Source of the DNA: a virus
Lineage: Duplodnaviria > Caudoviricetes
Virus record (IMG/VR): IMGVR_UViG_2931736537_000001
Location: 1-64,000 of that record
Direction: 5' to 3' (one strand)
DNA: 64,000 nt
Part shown: positions 17,223-27,036 of the stretch, one piece after another
Position numbering within the stretch: the stretch's first letter is position 1
Layout: every line of letters starts with the position of its first letter
Program-made: the position numbers and the translations under genes
Notes under the pieces: generated by a model
Database searches by the model: none
Told to the model about the DNA's origin: nothing
What the model saw: only the letters and a program-made list of their open reading frames with translations

Positions 17223-18313
17223 AGGGCGCCACCGTGGGTGCCGTAGCCGTCCAGCAGCTCGTGCAGCCACCGGTACTCGCGACTGGTTGCCCAGGCCCGG
17301 ACGCGGGCGACCTGCTCGCGCAGCTCCGCGGACTCGGCCGCGACGACGTCGTCGACGCGCTTGTCGAACTCGGCGGCCTCGGCGTCGGACCCGTGTTCCA
17401 CCAGCGCCGCCAGTCGGCCCCGTGCCTCCGAGGCCGGCGTCTTGCCCTCCTTCGGGACGACGTAGCCCTTGCCGTCGCAGGCGGAGCACGCGGCGATGGT
17501 GGCCTCCTTGACCTGGTCGAGCCAGAAGGCGACCTGCTCGTGCCAGTCGTCCACCGCCGCGTCGTAGTTGTGCCCGAACACCGCGGCGGGCACCGGCAGG
17601 TCGAGGCTGCGATCGACCATGACCTGCACGGTTCGCCCGGACTTCAGCGGCTTGCCGCCGCGCCCGAGGTTGGCCCGGAACGTGGTGCGCGGCTGGTCGA
17701 ACGGGACCTTCACCGTCACGTGCAGGCCCGGCTTGCCCTGGTAGTCCACGAAGCAGTACTGAACGCCGGGCATGGCCTTGATGAGCTGCTCGAGGTGCTG
17801 GCGCAGACCGGGGATGTGCCCGGGGAAGAGGTGCCGGTACTCCGGGCGCTGGGTCAGCTCCTCTGGGAGGTCCGCCTTCCACTGCAGCTCGTCCGGTCCT
17901 GGCGGTACCCGGCCCTCGAGCGGCATGAAGGGGCCCTCGTAGACGTGCTCGACGGAGTCGAGGTTCTCGGTGACCGCGTCGTACAGCTCCCAGTACTCCT
18001 CGTGCGCTGCGGTGCGCTCGTCGTATTCCTCGACGCTGAGGGTCTGCGGGTAGCGCGTCGACAGGGCGGTCTGGTCGTTCAGCTCGTACCGGACGGTCCG
18101 GGGCCTGGGCTGGTAGACGGCGGTGATCTGCTCGGCGTGCCGGTCGCCGGCGAACCAGTGGTTCGTGGTCTCCGCGACGGGCTCCAGCTGGTTGGCCGGG
18201 TCGCTGTCGGCGTAGACGGCGGTGCGGGTGCCCGGGGGCCGCTCGGGGTTGGGCAGGTAGTACGCCCACCGGCCGTCGGGCAGATGCAGGGCGTAGCGGG
18301 GCTGGGTGGTCAC
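17219..18313 (-). CDS. hypothetical protein with a CxxCxGxG zinc motif
   Basis: Typical codon bias; AAAGG RBS; CSACDGKG. Confidence 0.75.
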   Translation of the reverse strand: MTTQPRYALHLPDGRWAYYLPNPERPPGTRTAVYADSDPANQLEPVAETTNHWFAGDRHAEQITAVYQPRPRTVRYELNDQTALSTRYPQTLSVEEYDERTAAHEEYWELYDAVTENLDSVEHVYEGPFMPLEGRVPPGPDELQWKADLPEELTQRPEYRHLFPGHIPGLRQHLEQLIKAMPGVQYCFVDYQGKPGLHVTVKVPFDQPRTTFRANLGRGGKPLKSGRTVQVMVDRSLDLPVPAAVFGHNYDAAVDDWHEQVAFWLDQVKEATIAACSACDGKGYVVPKEGKTPASEARGRLAALVEHGSDAEAAEFDKRVDDVVAAESAELREQVARVRAWATSREYRWLHELLDGYGTHGGAL

Positions 18314-18327
18314 AGGTTCGTGGCCTT

Positions 18328-18675
18328 TCAGGTTGTGGCCGGGGCTGCTGCGAGGGCGGCGATGCCGCCGCCGAGGAGCGCCAGGAGCTGGACGGTGAGG
18401 CAGAGCAGTTCGAGGGCGCCGACGAGGGCGGCCTGCAGGACGTACGCGAGCGCCCGGGTCGCTTCTGCGACGGCACGGTGGGGGTCTTCGTGGCCGATGC
18501 GGCCGAGCAGGGCGACGGTGAGGGTGTAGGCGAAGAGGGCCGCACCGGCCTGCCAGTAGAGGTTCGCCCCGTGCTGTGCGGTGGTGTCGAAGACAAGACG
18601 CCCGGCGATCAGTCCGCCTACGGCCATGAGGAACGGCACGAGCTGGGCGGCGAGTCGGCGGGCGGTGGACGTCAT
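18328..18675 (-). CDS. small multi-TM membrane protein
   Basis: GGAGG RBS; three hydrophobic segments; follows promoter copy 4. Confidence 0.65.
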   Translation of the reverse strand: MTSTARRLAAQLVPFLMAVGGLIAGRLVFDTTAQHGANLYWQAGAALFAYTLTVALLGRIGHEDPHRAVAEATRALAYVLQAALVGALELLCLTVQLLALLGGGIAALAAAPATT

Positions 18676-18775
18676 CGGAGCCTCCGTAGCGGGATGGTGT
18701 GCGGCCGCGCCCCGCCGGGGGGAGTGCGGGACGCGGCCGGTGCAGGGCCCGGGGAGGGTGGGCCGTGCAGAACAG

Positions 18776-18804
18776 ACACTAGCCAAAACCCAATACGTAA
18801 GCAA
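18776..18804 (-). promoter_or_regulatory. Conserved promoter/operator, copy 4
   Basis: TTGCTT-ACGTATTGGGTTTTGGC-TAGTGT. Confidence 0.85.
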
Positions 18805-18819
18805 CGGGTTTCACCCCGT

Positions 18820-19737
18820 CTACTCCCCCGCTGCCACCTCTTCGGCGGCCTTCTCCAACTCCCGCACCGCACGGTCGAGTGCGTCGCGCTGATGCCCCAG
18901 GACGGCGACCGCCCGGGAGAACCGCTGTCCGGCGCGCTGCCGCTCGAGATGCGGCTGCACGAACGCCGCCAGCGCCTCCACGGCCTCGTCGGTACCGACG
19001 ATCCGCCCCCAGCCGCCGGCGCCGAGCCGCCCGCCGAGGGCCTTCTCCAGCCGCTCAAGGAGCGCGAGCTTCTCCTCGACGCGCGGGTCGCGTGCAGTGC
19101 CGGCCTCGTCGCGCAGCCGCTGCACCTCCTGCCGGTGCTTGTCGCCGAGTTCGTCGCGCTGGCGGCGAAGCGCGTTGTACCGCACGGTCTCGGTGTTGGT
19201 CAGCAGGGTGACCAACAGGCCGGGGGTCAGCTGCGGGGTGCGTTTCGCCGGCTCAACCACCGTCAGGAACCTGCGCCCGCGGGCCTTGGGCACCAGCAGG
19301 CCCCATCCTTCGGGGAGTTCGTCGGGGCGGGCGACGTCGGTGTTGGGGACGACCAGCCAGAACCGTGAGCTGTGCGGCCACCACGCCTCGGCCTTGCCGG
19401 GGTCGCGCAGTTCGCGGAGCCAGTCGGCGCGCTGGGTCTTGACCTCGCAGACGTCGATGTCGCCGCCGCCGCGGCTGGCCCAGGTGCTGATGTGGACGGC
19501 GTCCGCCCGCCGTCCGGCCCGACCGGGGGCGGTGACCTCTGTGAGGAACACGGCGCCGGGCAGCTCCTCCCCCGGCTTGATGAAGTGGTCGCGCAGCATC
19601 CGGGTCAGCACCTCGGTGGTGATCGCTGGGACGCCGCGGTGGCGCCTTCGGCCGGCCGGTGCGGGGACGGCCAGCGCGGTCTGCCCCCCGCCGGTGTCCG
19701 AGGCGGCCGGTAACCCGGGCGTGTGTGGTGACGTCAT
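18820..19737 (-). CDS. MmcB-like PD-(D/E)XK endonuclease
   Basis: RRADAV...EVKTQRADWLREL.DPGK...FWLVVP...ELPEGWGLL; GGAGGAG RBS. Confidence 0.75.
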   Translation of the reverse strand: MTSPHTPGLPAASDTGGGQTALAVPAPAGRRRHRGVPAITTEVLTRMLRDHFIKPGEELPGAVFLTEVTAPGRAGRRADAVHISTWASRGGGDIDVCEVKTQRADWLRELRDPGKAEAWWPHSSRFWLVVPNTDVARPDELPEGWGLLVPKARGRRFLTVVEPAKRTPQLTPGLLVTLLTNTETVRYNALRRQRDELGDKHRQEVQRLRDEAGTARDPRVEEKLALLERLEKALGGRLGAGGWGRIVGTDEAVEALAAFVQPHLERQRAGQRFSRAVAVLGHQRDALDRAVRELEKAAEEVAAGE

Positions 19738-19768
19738 GTTCTCCTCCGGTCCTCTCCGTCGGTCGCGT

Positions 19769-20248
19769 TCAGTGGGCTGCGGCTTGGGCGCGGCGCTCGC
19801 GGTAGTCACGGATGTAAGCCGCGTGCGCGTCCCGGCAGGACTGGCACGGTTCCTCGTAGCGGCGCCGGTGGCGGTGGTACGCGGCCTCCGTTCCGCAGGG
19901 CTTCTGCGGACGGCGGTGGCGCTTGCGGCGGGCTGCCGACTCGAGGCGGCAGGCCTCCCGGCACGGTGCGCAGGCCCGTTCCCGCAGGCGCTGGTGGCGG
20001 CGGTAGCCGCGCATCGTGCCGTGTGGGAAGGGCTGGTCCTTGCGCTTGGGCGGCAGCAGGTGCCGTTCGGCGACCGAGAGCAGGGCGGCGACCTGCCGGT
20101 CGGTGGCGTCGATGCCCATGCGCCGGACCGCGTGCAACATGGCGTCCAGGGCCTGGTCGTGGCCGGGTGACCCACCGATGCCGGCTGGCGCGGAGGGCTG
20201 GGCCGGCGCCACCGTGACCTCTGCACGCTCGAGGACAGCGGTCCCCAT
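19769..20248 (-). CDS. protein with two (H/C)GT..Y.RH....C..C zinc-finger-like repeats
   Basis: HGTMRGYRRH..ACAPC and CGTEAAYHRH..PCQSC. Confidence 0.7.
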   Translation of the reverse strand: MGTAVLERAEVTVAPAQPSAPAGIGGSPGHDQALDAMLHAVRRMGIDATDRQVAALLSVAERHLLPPKRKDQPFPHGTMRGYRRHQRLRERACAPCREACRLESAARRKRHRRPQKPCGTEAAYHRHRRRYEEPCQSCRDAHAAYIRDYRERRAQAAAH

Positions 20249-20709
20249 CAACGGCCCACCCTGCATTCTGCGGCTGGGGCGTGCGGGGAACACTCGTAAC
20301 CGTGCTCCGGGCAGGTGATGTCCTCCCAGCCCCGCCTCCAGGCCCGTTCGCTGTGCACGACCGGCCCCCAGTGCGCCCTGGGGTATGCCTGCCGCTGGAA
20401 GCCGAAAGCCCGCGGTTCGGTGGTGCCCGGGTACAGGGCCACGCCTTCGCAACGGAAGAGGGCCTCACCGAGGCGGTACAGGCGCTCCGGCTCGAAGAAT
20501 GCGTCCGCGGGGACGTCGTCGTCGCCGTCGAGGTAGAGGAGCTGTCGTCCGAGGGCCTCGCGCTCCTGGTCGTCGACGGCGAGGGCGGCGGGCTGCCCGT
20601 CACTGGTCGTGCAGGGGATCCAACTGGTTTTGTCGTCGGTCCCGGCCGGGGGGAAGACGTCCTTGTTCCAGCGCAGTTCGGTCACGGTCACGGTGCTGGG
20701 GTCGGTCAC
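20248..20709 (-). CDS. hypothetical protein
   Basis: AAGGGA RBS; coupled to the next gene. Confidence 0.65.
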   Translation of the reverse strand: MTDPSTVTVTELRWNKDVFPPAGTDDKTSWIPCTTSDGQPAALAVDDQEREALGRQLLYLDGDDDVPADAFFEPERLYRLGEALFRCEGVALYPGTTEPRAFGFQRQAYPRAHWGPVVHSERAWRRGWEDITCPEHGYECSPHAPAAECRVGR

Positions 20710-20797
20710 GGCGAGGTCCCTTTCACACGCGGGGCAGGGAGGACGAGGGGTGCTCCGGCCCCGGAGGCAAGCCGGGGCCGGAGCGGGGCGGCCGGGG

Positions 20798-21223
20798 TCA
20801 GCCGGTCAAGCTGAGGACGTTCTCGGCGAACCGCAGCGCCGTCGGACGGTCCAACTGCTGCTGCGGGGCTCCGGTACGGGACCGGTCCAGGAGGATGGCG
20901 AGGTGGCGCAGGGAGTCGGCGGCGGCGGCCAGGGCCGCGTCGTCGTCCTTGGGCCGAACAACCACCGGCCGCGGGATGCGGGGGTCCTGGCTGAGGCACA
21001 GCTCGCCGTTGATGAGTTCGACCATGCCCCGGTCGTAGGCCGCGTCCCCGCTCGAGGCGAAGGTGAGGAGGGCCAGCCCGTTGGCCTCGGAGACCTGTAT
21101 GGACTTCATGTCGATGTCCTGGTCCTGGAGGGCGGTGGCGGCGAGGTTGGTCAGCAGGGCGGCGGTGGACCGCAGCATGGCGTGGGCCTTTCGAACGGTG
21201 AGCTGGAGCCGGGTGATCGGCAT
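20798..21223 (-). CDS. hypothetical protein
   Basis: GAGGGG RBS; normal composition. Confidence 0.65.
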   Translation of the reverse strand: MPITRLQLTVRKAHAMLRSTAALLTNLAATALQDQDIDMKSIQVSEANGLALLTFASSGDAAYDRGMVELINGELCLSQDPRIPRPVVVRPKDDDAALAAAADSLRHLAILLDRSRTGAPQQQLDRPTALRFAENVLSLTG

Positions 21224-21295
21224 GGGAGCAGTGCCCCTCGCGGTGGGGCCGGGGGCCGGGCGGGATCGGTCGTCCCCGACCCGGCCCCCAGGTCG

Positions 21296-21667
21296 TCAGT
21301 TGACCGGCACCAGGAGGGCGAGCACGTTGCGGTCGCCGGTGCGGCGGGATCCGGAGAGCAGGGCCGTAAGGACCTCGGCCTCCGGCGGGCCGTCCGTGGT
21401 GCCCATGGCGACGAACACCTTCAGCAGGAGCCGCACCTGGTCGCGGGTGTCGTCGCTGTTGGGCGGGTGCACCCCGGCGGTGCGGGCCGCGCGCCCGAAG
21501 TCGGTGTCGGTGAGCCGCTCGATCATGGCGGGGGTGGCCTGCTCGCCGAACTCGACGAAGAGGGCCATGGCCATCTCGATGGCCTTCACGAGCCGGTTGT
21601 GGGCGATGCAGATCGCGCCCGGGGTGCCCTTCGGGTACACGTCGCGGGCGGTGCGCAGAGCCGTCAT
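21296..21667 (-). CDS. hypothetical protein
   Basis: GGAG RBS; normal composition. Confidence 0.65.
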   Translation of the reverse strand: MTALRTARDVYPKGTPGAICIAHNRLVKAIEMAMALFVEFGEQATPAMIERLTDTDFGRAARTAGVHPPNSDDTRDQVRLLLKVFVAMGTTDGPPEAEVLTALLSGSRRTGDRNVLALLVPVN

Positions 21668-21724
21668 ATGGGTCTCCGTTCATCAGAGTGGGTAAGCGGG
21701 TGCCGACTTGGGGCTGGCGGTACG

Positions 21725-21750
21725 GGGCCGGGGCCCGTAGGCCCCGGCCC
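21725..21750 (-). terminator. hairpin
   Basis: GGGCCGGGGCC-CGTA-GGCCCCGGCCC. Confidence 0.55.
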
Positions 21751-21757
21751 TGGCCGG

Positions 21758-22036
21758 TCAGGCGACCGGCGGGGTGACCTTCACCTGGTAGTCGCTGGCG
21801 ACGATCTGGTTGGCCGCCGCCCGCTGGCTGTCGGCGCTGACTCCGGTCAGCAGTCGGGCGTGCTCCAGCAGGGCGGCCCTCTGGTTCGCCGCGTCGGCGG
21901 GGGCCAGAGCCTTCAGCTCCGCCGTTACGGCCTCGACCTGGTCGGCGGGCACCGTGTACCGGACCGCGCCGGGCACCGTGTAGCCGTTGGTGTCGATCAG
22001 GCGAAGCTCGTGGGTGGCGGTGGCGGTGGTGGTCAT
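21758..22036 (-). CDS. small hypothetical protein
   Basis: AAGGAG RBS; first gene after promoter copy 5. Confidence 0.7.
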   Translation of the reverse strand: MTTTATATHELRLIDTNGYTVPGAVRYTVPADQVEAVTAELKALAPADAANQRAALLEHARLLTGVSADSQRAAANQIVASDYQVKVTPPVA

Positions 22037-22082
22037 TTGCCCAGCTCCTTGGGTGTTTCGCGTGTCTTTGTCGGCACCCCAG

Positions 22083-22111
22083 ACACTACGCGAAACCCAA
22101 TACGTAAGCAA
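22083..22111 (-). promoter_or_regulatory. Conserved promoter/operator, copy 5
   Basis: TTGCTT-ACGTATTGGGTTTCGCG-TAGTGT. Confidence 0.85.
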
Positions 22112-22141
22112 TAGATCCCCGAAGGGTTTCGAGCATGCGAG

Positions 22142-22169
22142 AGGGCGGCCTCCAGGTGGAGACCGCCCT
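22142..22169 (-). terminator. hairpin insulating promoter copy 5
   Basis: AGGGCGGCCTCC-AGGT-GGAGACCGCCCT. Confidence 0.55.
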
Positions 22170-22218
22170 GGTCAGAGCATGGGCCGGCACGGCGCGGTCG
22201 CCGGTGTCGGCGAGTCCT

Positions 22219-23145
22219 CTACGCCGCGGCGCCCACGACGTCGCGAGGCTGCTGCGGAACGTACGCCCGTCGCCAGGGAACCGTCCGACCGTCGTTGCGT
22301 GCCTTCGCCTTTTCCCGCTCCCAGGCCCGGGAGACCGCGGCCTCTGTCATCTCCAGCCGCTCGGCGACCTGCTGCCTGGGCAGGTCCGCCCACTCCATTA
22401 GGTGAAGGAGCACTTCGTGCCGGGCCGCAGCGTCCAGGATGACCGACTCCCCCAGCAGGAACCGTGTCGCCAGGTTCTCGCCCTGCGTGAGCAGCGATAC
22501 CTGGGCATCGGTCTGCGCCACCGCCGACGGATTGTCGATCAGCTCGTCGTCCCACGCCAGCGGACCGTGGAAGCCGGCGGCCTGCGCCTGCCGTCGGCAC
22601 CGCTCAGCGCGCCACGGTGCGACCCCGTGGTCTTCGGGCCTTTGGTCCCACAGCTCGTCGTACAACCGGGCTACGTCGCGGGCCAAGGCCGCGGACACAC
22701 GCGGGAGGTGCAGCTTGTTGCGGAATCCCTGCACGGAGCGTCCAGCGCGTTGCGCAAGCACCGCGCGTGACCAGCCGACGGTTGCCAGGGCTTCGACCCG
22801 GCGCCGTGTACCGGTGGAGTCGACGCTGGCACTGTCGGGGAAGTCCTCGAGCTTCGGCCAGAAGGCCAGCACGGCTTGTCCGACCTCCTTCGTGATCTTC
22901 TCGCCCCGCCCGAATCCCGACGTGCCCGCTGTCGCGTGCCTCAGCGCGTTGGGCTGCAGGCCCAGCGCCTGCTCCACTCCCGACCGCGGCATGCCCAGGT
23001 CCGCCAGGAGGCGAAGGTGCGCTCGCACCGGCTCCGCCGGCATGAACGGATCCCATTGGCCGTACGCCTTCAAGCGACGGTGGCGGGACGCCCAGCGAGC
23101 GTGCGCCGCCCGTTCCGCGGGTCCTCGCCGCTTCTTCGTGCTCAC
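22219..23145 (-). CDS. actinophage-type multi-HTH DNA-binding protein
   Basis: AEPVRAHLRLL..GM, DSTGTRRRVEALATVGWS, PLAWDD..IDNP, C-terminal HTH. Confidence 0.75.
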   Translation of the reverse strand: MSTKKRRGPAERAAHARWASRHRRLKAYGQWDPFMPAEPVRAHLRLLADLGMPRSGVEQALGLQPNALRHATAGTSGFGRGEKITKEVGQAVLAFWPKLEDFPDSASVDSTGTRRRVEALATVGWSRAVLAQRAGRSVQGFRNKLHLPRVSAALARDVARLYDELWDQRPEDHGVAPWRAERCRRQAQAAGFHGPLAWDDELIDNPSAVAQTDAQVSLLTQGENLATRFLLGESVILDAAARHEVLLHLMEWADLPRQQVAERLEMTEAAVSRAWEREKAKARNDGRTVPWRRAYVPQQPRDVVGAAA

Positions 23146-23798
23146 GCCTCCGCCTCCAGTTCCTGCGTCGCGCGGGTCGAGGTGGTGACGCGTACGCCAA
23201 GGTACGCGGCGACGTCGACGTGCCGGGCGCCTCGGGCGCGCAGGAGGCAGATGACGTCCGCGTAGTCGTCGCGGAGGCGCTGCCAGAGGGGGCGCCGGTC
23301 CCTGCTGGCCCGGCGGCTGATCGCCCGGCCTGGCCCGCCGGTCCACCACACCGCCACTCGCACGGTGATGGCGTCGACGGTGATGCCCTCGGCGGTGAGG
23401 ATGTCGGCGATGCGCAGGGGGGCGTGGCCGGCGGCCCGCAGGTTGTGCAGCCGGTACCGCCAGCGGGGGGTCAGCAGCTCCTGAGCGCGCTCCAGGTCCG
23501 GGTGCTCACCGATGAGTTCGGCGACCTCGAGAACTCGGCGCTGTCCGACGTCGAGACCGCCGACCATGCCCCAGCTCTCCTCGACGTCGACGGCAGCCCG
23601 ATCGGCCAGGCACCGAAGGCGGACGGGGCAGGACAGGCACGTAGTGCGGGCCCGTGCTTGTGCCGCGAGGCTGGTGCCGTAGAAGTCGCGGTCTGCTTCG
23701 GCTGTTCGGCAGGCGCTGCGGTTCGTCCAGTGGCTGCCCTCGGCCGTGACCGGGACCGCCGCGGCGGTCGGGCGGCGGGTGAGGACGGCGGTGCTCAT
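23142..23798 (-). CDS. WhiB-family protein with C-terminal HTHs
   Basis: W...SAC...C..CPVRLRC...WGMVGGL. Confidence 0.8.
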   Translation of the reverse strand: MSTAVLTRRPTAAAVPVTAEGSHWTNRSACRTAEADRDFYGTSLAAQARARTTCLSCPVRLRCLADRAAVDVEESWGMVGGLDVGQRRVLEVAELIGEHPDLERAQELLTPRWRYRLHNLRAAGHAPLRIADILTAEGITVDAITVRVAVWWTGGPGRAISRRASRDRRPLWQRLRDDYADVICLLRARGARHVDVAAYLGVRVTTSTRATQELEAEA

Positions 23799-24247
23799 GC
23801 TGCTGCTCCCAGGGGGTCGAGGAGGGTGAGGTGGTCGGTGGGCAGTCCGCTGAGGTCCGTGATCACCAGGAGGAGCCGGGGTCCGGGCTTGGCGACCTGG
23901 CCGAGGCGCATGTCGGGGCCGATCACGCGGGTGGAGTCGTCGTCGTCGAGCACGCCGGCGTCGACGACGCCGTCGAGGGCGGCCTTCGCGGAGGGGTACC
24001 AGTTGCCGGGGTCGCGCCGCTGCCGGTTGATCGGCTGCAAGTAGCAGGTGACGTAGACACGTTCGAGGTGGGGCACCTTGGCGTCCAGGGCGGCCTTACG
24101 GCCGGCGGCCCGCAGTTCCCTGGTGAGCCGGGCACGTTGGGCGATGGTGGGCCGGTCGTTGGAGTTCATCAACTCCAGCCCCAGGGGGAGCTGGATGCGG
24201 TGCACGGCCAGGGGGGTGGTGGGCACAGGGCCGAGGTGATGCGTCAT
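23795..24247 (-). CDS. RusA-like Holliday junction resolvase
   Basis: NSNDR, RRDPGNWYPSAKAALDGVVDAGVLDDD. Confidence 0.8.
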   Translation of the reverse strand: MTHHLGPVPTTPLAVHRIQLPLGLELMNSNDRPTIAQRARLTRELRAAGRKAALDAKVPHLERVYVTCYLQPINRQRRDPGNWYPSAKAALDGVVDAGVLDDDDSTRVIGPDMRLGQVAKPGPRLLLVITDLSGLPTDHLTLLDPLGAAA

Positions 24248-25452
24248 CGGCTGTTCTCCGTCCAGCTCGTGGCCGCGCGCGGGGCCGGGTATTCGTCGTG
24301 GGTGCGGCCGTCCAGTTCGCGGCCTGCGGCCTTCTTGCCGACGCTGTACACCTGGGTGAGGCGGGCCCTGCTGTGCCCGGCGCGCACGGCTTCGCCGTAG
24401 CGGGGGCCGTCCGGGTAGTCCAGGTCGCCGGGGGCGTACAGCGTGCCGTCGTTGGCGATCGTCATGCCCTCGCCTCGTGGTCCGCGCACGAGGCGGCCGT
24501 CGCGGTCGACGGGGGCCTCCGGGCCCCACTGCCCCCACTGTTTGAACAGGAAGGGCACGTCGGATTGGGCGCACTGGTCGCGCAACGTCCGGAACCAGTC
24601 GGGGTGGGCGGGGCGGGCGCCCGGGCCGGACTCGCCGCCGGCGACGACCCAGTCGAGCCGGGGGTCGACCGTCAGCTCCTGGAACACGCGGCCGCGGTCG
24701 TCGGTCTTCTCCGGGCCCCAGCCGGGCCGCCCGGTGAGCCAGTAGGTCAGCTTCGGCCGGCCACGGCCGGGGACGAGGGGCCCGTACAGGTCGATGGGGC
24801 CGAGAAGGGGTTCGGCGCTGATCCAGCGCACGGCGGCCGGGGTGGTCAGCAGGGCGGGGATCCGCATGTCGGCCGTCTTCTGGTCCTCGACCGACACCCC
24901 GAGCCACAAATTCGGCAGGGGCTTGGCGAAGCTGCTCCACCACTTGGTGCGGTGCTGCTCGCGCTCGTACCGCGACAGGCCGGGTGTCGTCTCGTCAGCG
25001 ACGAGGCGGGCCTCGGCCTCCTCGCAGAGCAGTCGGAAGTTTGGGCTGTCCAACAGGGCTCGCATGCGGCCGTGCCGCTTGGTGAGGACCTGGTAGGTGT
25101 GCCGGGGAGTGAGCGCCATGACCGCGAGGATCCGGGCGATCACCTCGTCGGGGACCTGGTCGTGGAACAGGTCGGACTGGGAGTTGACGAAGACCTTCTG
25201 CGGCTTGGTCTTGCGCAGCGGGTCCAGGAGCCGGCTCTCCACGACGTTGACGCGCCCGGTCCAGTCCAGGCGTCCGTCGACGGTGTGCGTGGTGCCGGCG
25301 AATGCCGTGGCCATCTTGGGGCTGGGGTGGTGGGAGCGGATGTGCGCGGTGCGGATGGCGTAGCACCTGTCGCAGCCGCTGGTCACGCGGGTGCAGCCGA
25401 TGATCGGCGACCACGTCATGTCCGTCCACTCGATCGCGCTAAGCGTCGTCAC
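24244..25452 (-). CDS. DUF5131 (phage Gp37/Gp68) family protein
   Basis: IEWTD.TW.PIIGCTRVTSGCDRCYA, FVNSQSDLFH, YQVLTKR, WLGVSVE, SAEPLLG, WVVAGGESG, FLFKQWG. Confidence 0.92.
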   Translation of the reverse strand: MTTLSAIEWTDMTWSPIIGCTRVTSGCDRCYAIRTAHIRSHHPSPKMATAFAGTTHTVDGRLDWTGRVNVVESRLLDPLRKTKPQKVFVNSQSDLFHDQVPDEVIARILAVMALTPRHTYQVLTKRHGRMRALLDSPNFRLLCEEAEARLVADETTPGLSRYEREQHRTKWWSSFAKPLPNLWLGVSVEDQKTADMRIPALLTTPAAVRWISAEPLLGPIDLYGPLVPGRGRPKLTYWLTGRPGWGPEKTDDRGRVFQELTVDPRLDWVVAGGESGPGARPAHPDWFRTLRDQCAQSDVPFLFKQWGQWGPEAPVDRDGRLVRGPRGEGMTIANDGTLYAPGDLDYPDGPRYGEAVRAGHSRARLTQVYSVGKKAAGRELDGRTHDEYPAPRAATSWTENSR

Positions 25453-26149
25453 GTCCGGCTCCTCCTTCGGTGTCCTTGAGGAACGACAGGTCCAGGTCGG
25501 CCTTGGGTCGCCACAGTTGGAGGGCACCGTTGCAGGGCACGGGCTCCTCGAGCGGGCGCAGGTCGGCGAACTCCCAGTGGAAGACCTCGGGGTCGCCCCA
25601 GGGCGTGCAGCAGCCGTTCTTCTCGAAGTGGCAGCCGGCCAGGCGGCCCACCGCGATGACCGCACCAGTGACGAACTCGTCGCGGGCGGGCAGCCCGGGC
25701 AGGGCCCGCACCCGCTCGTCGGTGCGCAGGGCCGCGTAGTGCAGCTCCTTGCCCGCGTGCAGGAGCACGGTGCAGCCGAGGAGCGCGGCCGGCGCGGGCC
25801 AGGTGCGGTTCTCGACGGGCTTGCCGTTCAGCAGCGCCCAGGCGTACGGCTGCTTGACCGTCAGCCCTCGTACGTCCCTGGGCTTCTGGCCGGTGGCCCG
25901 ATGGCTGCACGTGCCGACGAAGCAGGGACGGGCACGCTCGTGCCACTCCTGCTTGGTCAGGCGCTCCAGCGTCCAGCCCTCCGCGGCCTCACGGCGCCGG
26001 TCGGCGATCCGGGGCACGATCTGCTTGTAAGCGTCCTCTGCGAGCGGGCCGGCCTCGTCGACGTAGGTGGAGGACTGGGCGCACCCGGCGGGGTCGAAGC
26101 GGACCCAGTGGTCGGTCCCGGTGTCTGTGGGGGCAGGGTGGCTGCTCAT
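25439..26149 (-). CDS. ASCH-domain protein
   Basis: LTVKQPYAW..GKPVENRTW..LLHAGK..GAVIA..EPVPCNGALQLW. Confidence 0.85.
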   Translation of the reverse strand: MSSHPAPTDTGTDHWVRFDPAGCAQSSTYVDEAGPLAEDAYKQIVPRIADRRREAAEGWTLERLTKQEWHERARPCFVGTCSHRATGQKPRDVRGLTVKQPYAWALLNGKPVENRTWPAPAALLGCTVLLHAGKELHYAALRTDERVRALPGLPARDEFVTGAVIAVGRLAGCHFEKNGCCTPWGDPEVFHWEFADLRPLEEPVPCNGALQLWRPKADLDLSFLKDTEGGAGRDDA

Positions 26150-26709
26150 GTGGTGCTGTCCTTGTCTCCGGGGCATCCCTCGGCCTCGCGGCGCACGGCG
26201 GCCAGGTCGTCGGGGTGCTTGAGCTGCTTGGAGTGGATGTGGTCGTGGCGGCAACGGCTGCGTGCCGCCAGCTGGCCGTCGGTGTAGTGCAGGTCGGTGA
26301 AGTCGTCGACGAGGGCGACGGCCCGGCCGTCGTCGTCGCCGGTCCAGTCCCCGGGCTCGATCGGGACCGCGTCGATGCCGGCGCTGGCCCAGACGAGGAC
26401 GGTGTTGGTCCAGGCGTCGTACTCGGCGGTCTGGGCCAGCGTGCGGTCGGCAGGGTCCGGCACCGGGGGCTCGTCGGGGTGCAGCGGGCCGGGCTCGTCG
26501 ACGCGCAGTCGTGCGGCGAAGTCGGCGCTGGCGCACGCGTTGAGCAGGGCGAAGGCGAGCTGCTGCAACGCGAAGGGGTCGCCAGTGATGGTGCCGGCGG
26601 GTCCGGTGACGATCCCCTCGTACATGCCCATGGCGCCGCGCCGGGTGTCGACCTCGTACTGCTCGTCGCGTTCCGGATCGAGGGCGGTCAGGGTGATGGA
26701 GGCGCTCAT
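26146..26709 (-). CDS. hypothetical protein
   Basis: ATGA-coupled on both sides. Confidence 0.7.
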   Translation of the reverse strand: MSASITLTALDPERDEQYEVDTRRGAMGMYEGIVTGPAGTITGDPFALQQLAFALLNACASADFAARLRVDEPGPLHPDEPPVPDPADRTLAQTAEYDAWTNTVLVWASAGIDAVPIEPGDWTGDDDGRAVALVDDFTDLHYTDGQLAARSRCRHDHIHSKQLKHPDDLAAVRREAEGCPGDKDSTT

Positions 26710-27014
26710 GTCTCCGCCCCGCCCGTGCCGATGGCGCCAGGGCGCCCGGTGTCGATGCGGTCGGCGGCCTCGACCACCTGGGAGGTGATCGAGAGCTCAC
26801 GGGCGAAACGGATGAGCTGTTCGGGGCTGCCCTCGAGGATGATGCCCTCGAAGTGCAGACGACCGTAGTAGGTGCCGTCCCAGTCCATGACCGACTCGGC
26901 GTCGTAGGCGGTGTCCTCGGTCAGCAGGATGCGGACGGGGACCGGTCGGCTCGGCTTGGGCTTCAGCAGGCCGTCGGCCAGCGCCTGCACGGTGCGGAGC
27001 AGTTGCTGCAGCAT
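26706..27014 (-). CDS. hypothetical protein
   Basis: GAGGAG RBS. Confidence 0.65.
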   Translation of the reverse strand: MLQQLLRTVQALADGLLKPKPSRPVPVRILLTEDTAYDAESVMDWDGTYYGRLHFEGIILEGSPEQLIRFARELSITSQVVEAADRIDTGRPGAIGTGGAET

Positions 27015-27036
27015 GGTGCGTTGTTCTCCTCGGGTG

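Noticed and set aside
22875-22882. Third copy of the CGGACAAG leader motif
   Set aside because: Inside a CDS and lacks the flanking CCCACGCC and GCGTGGGG elements.
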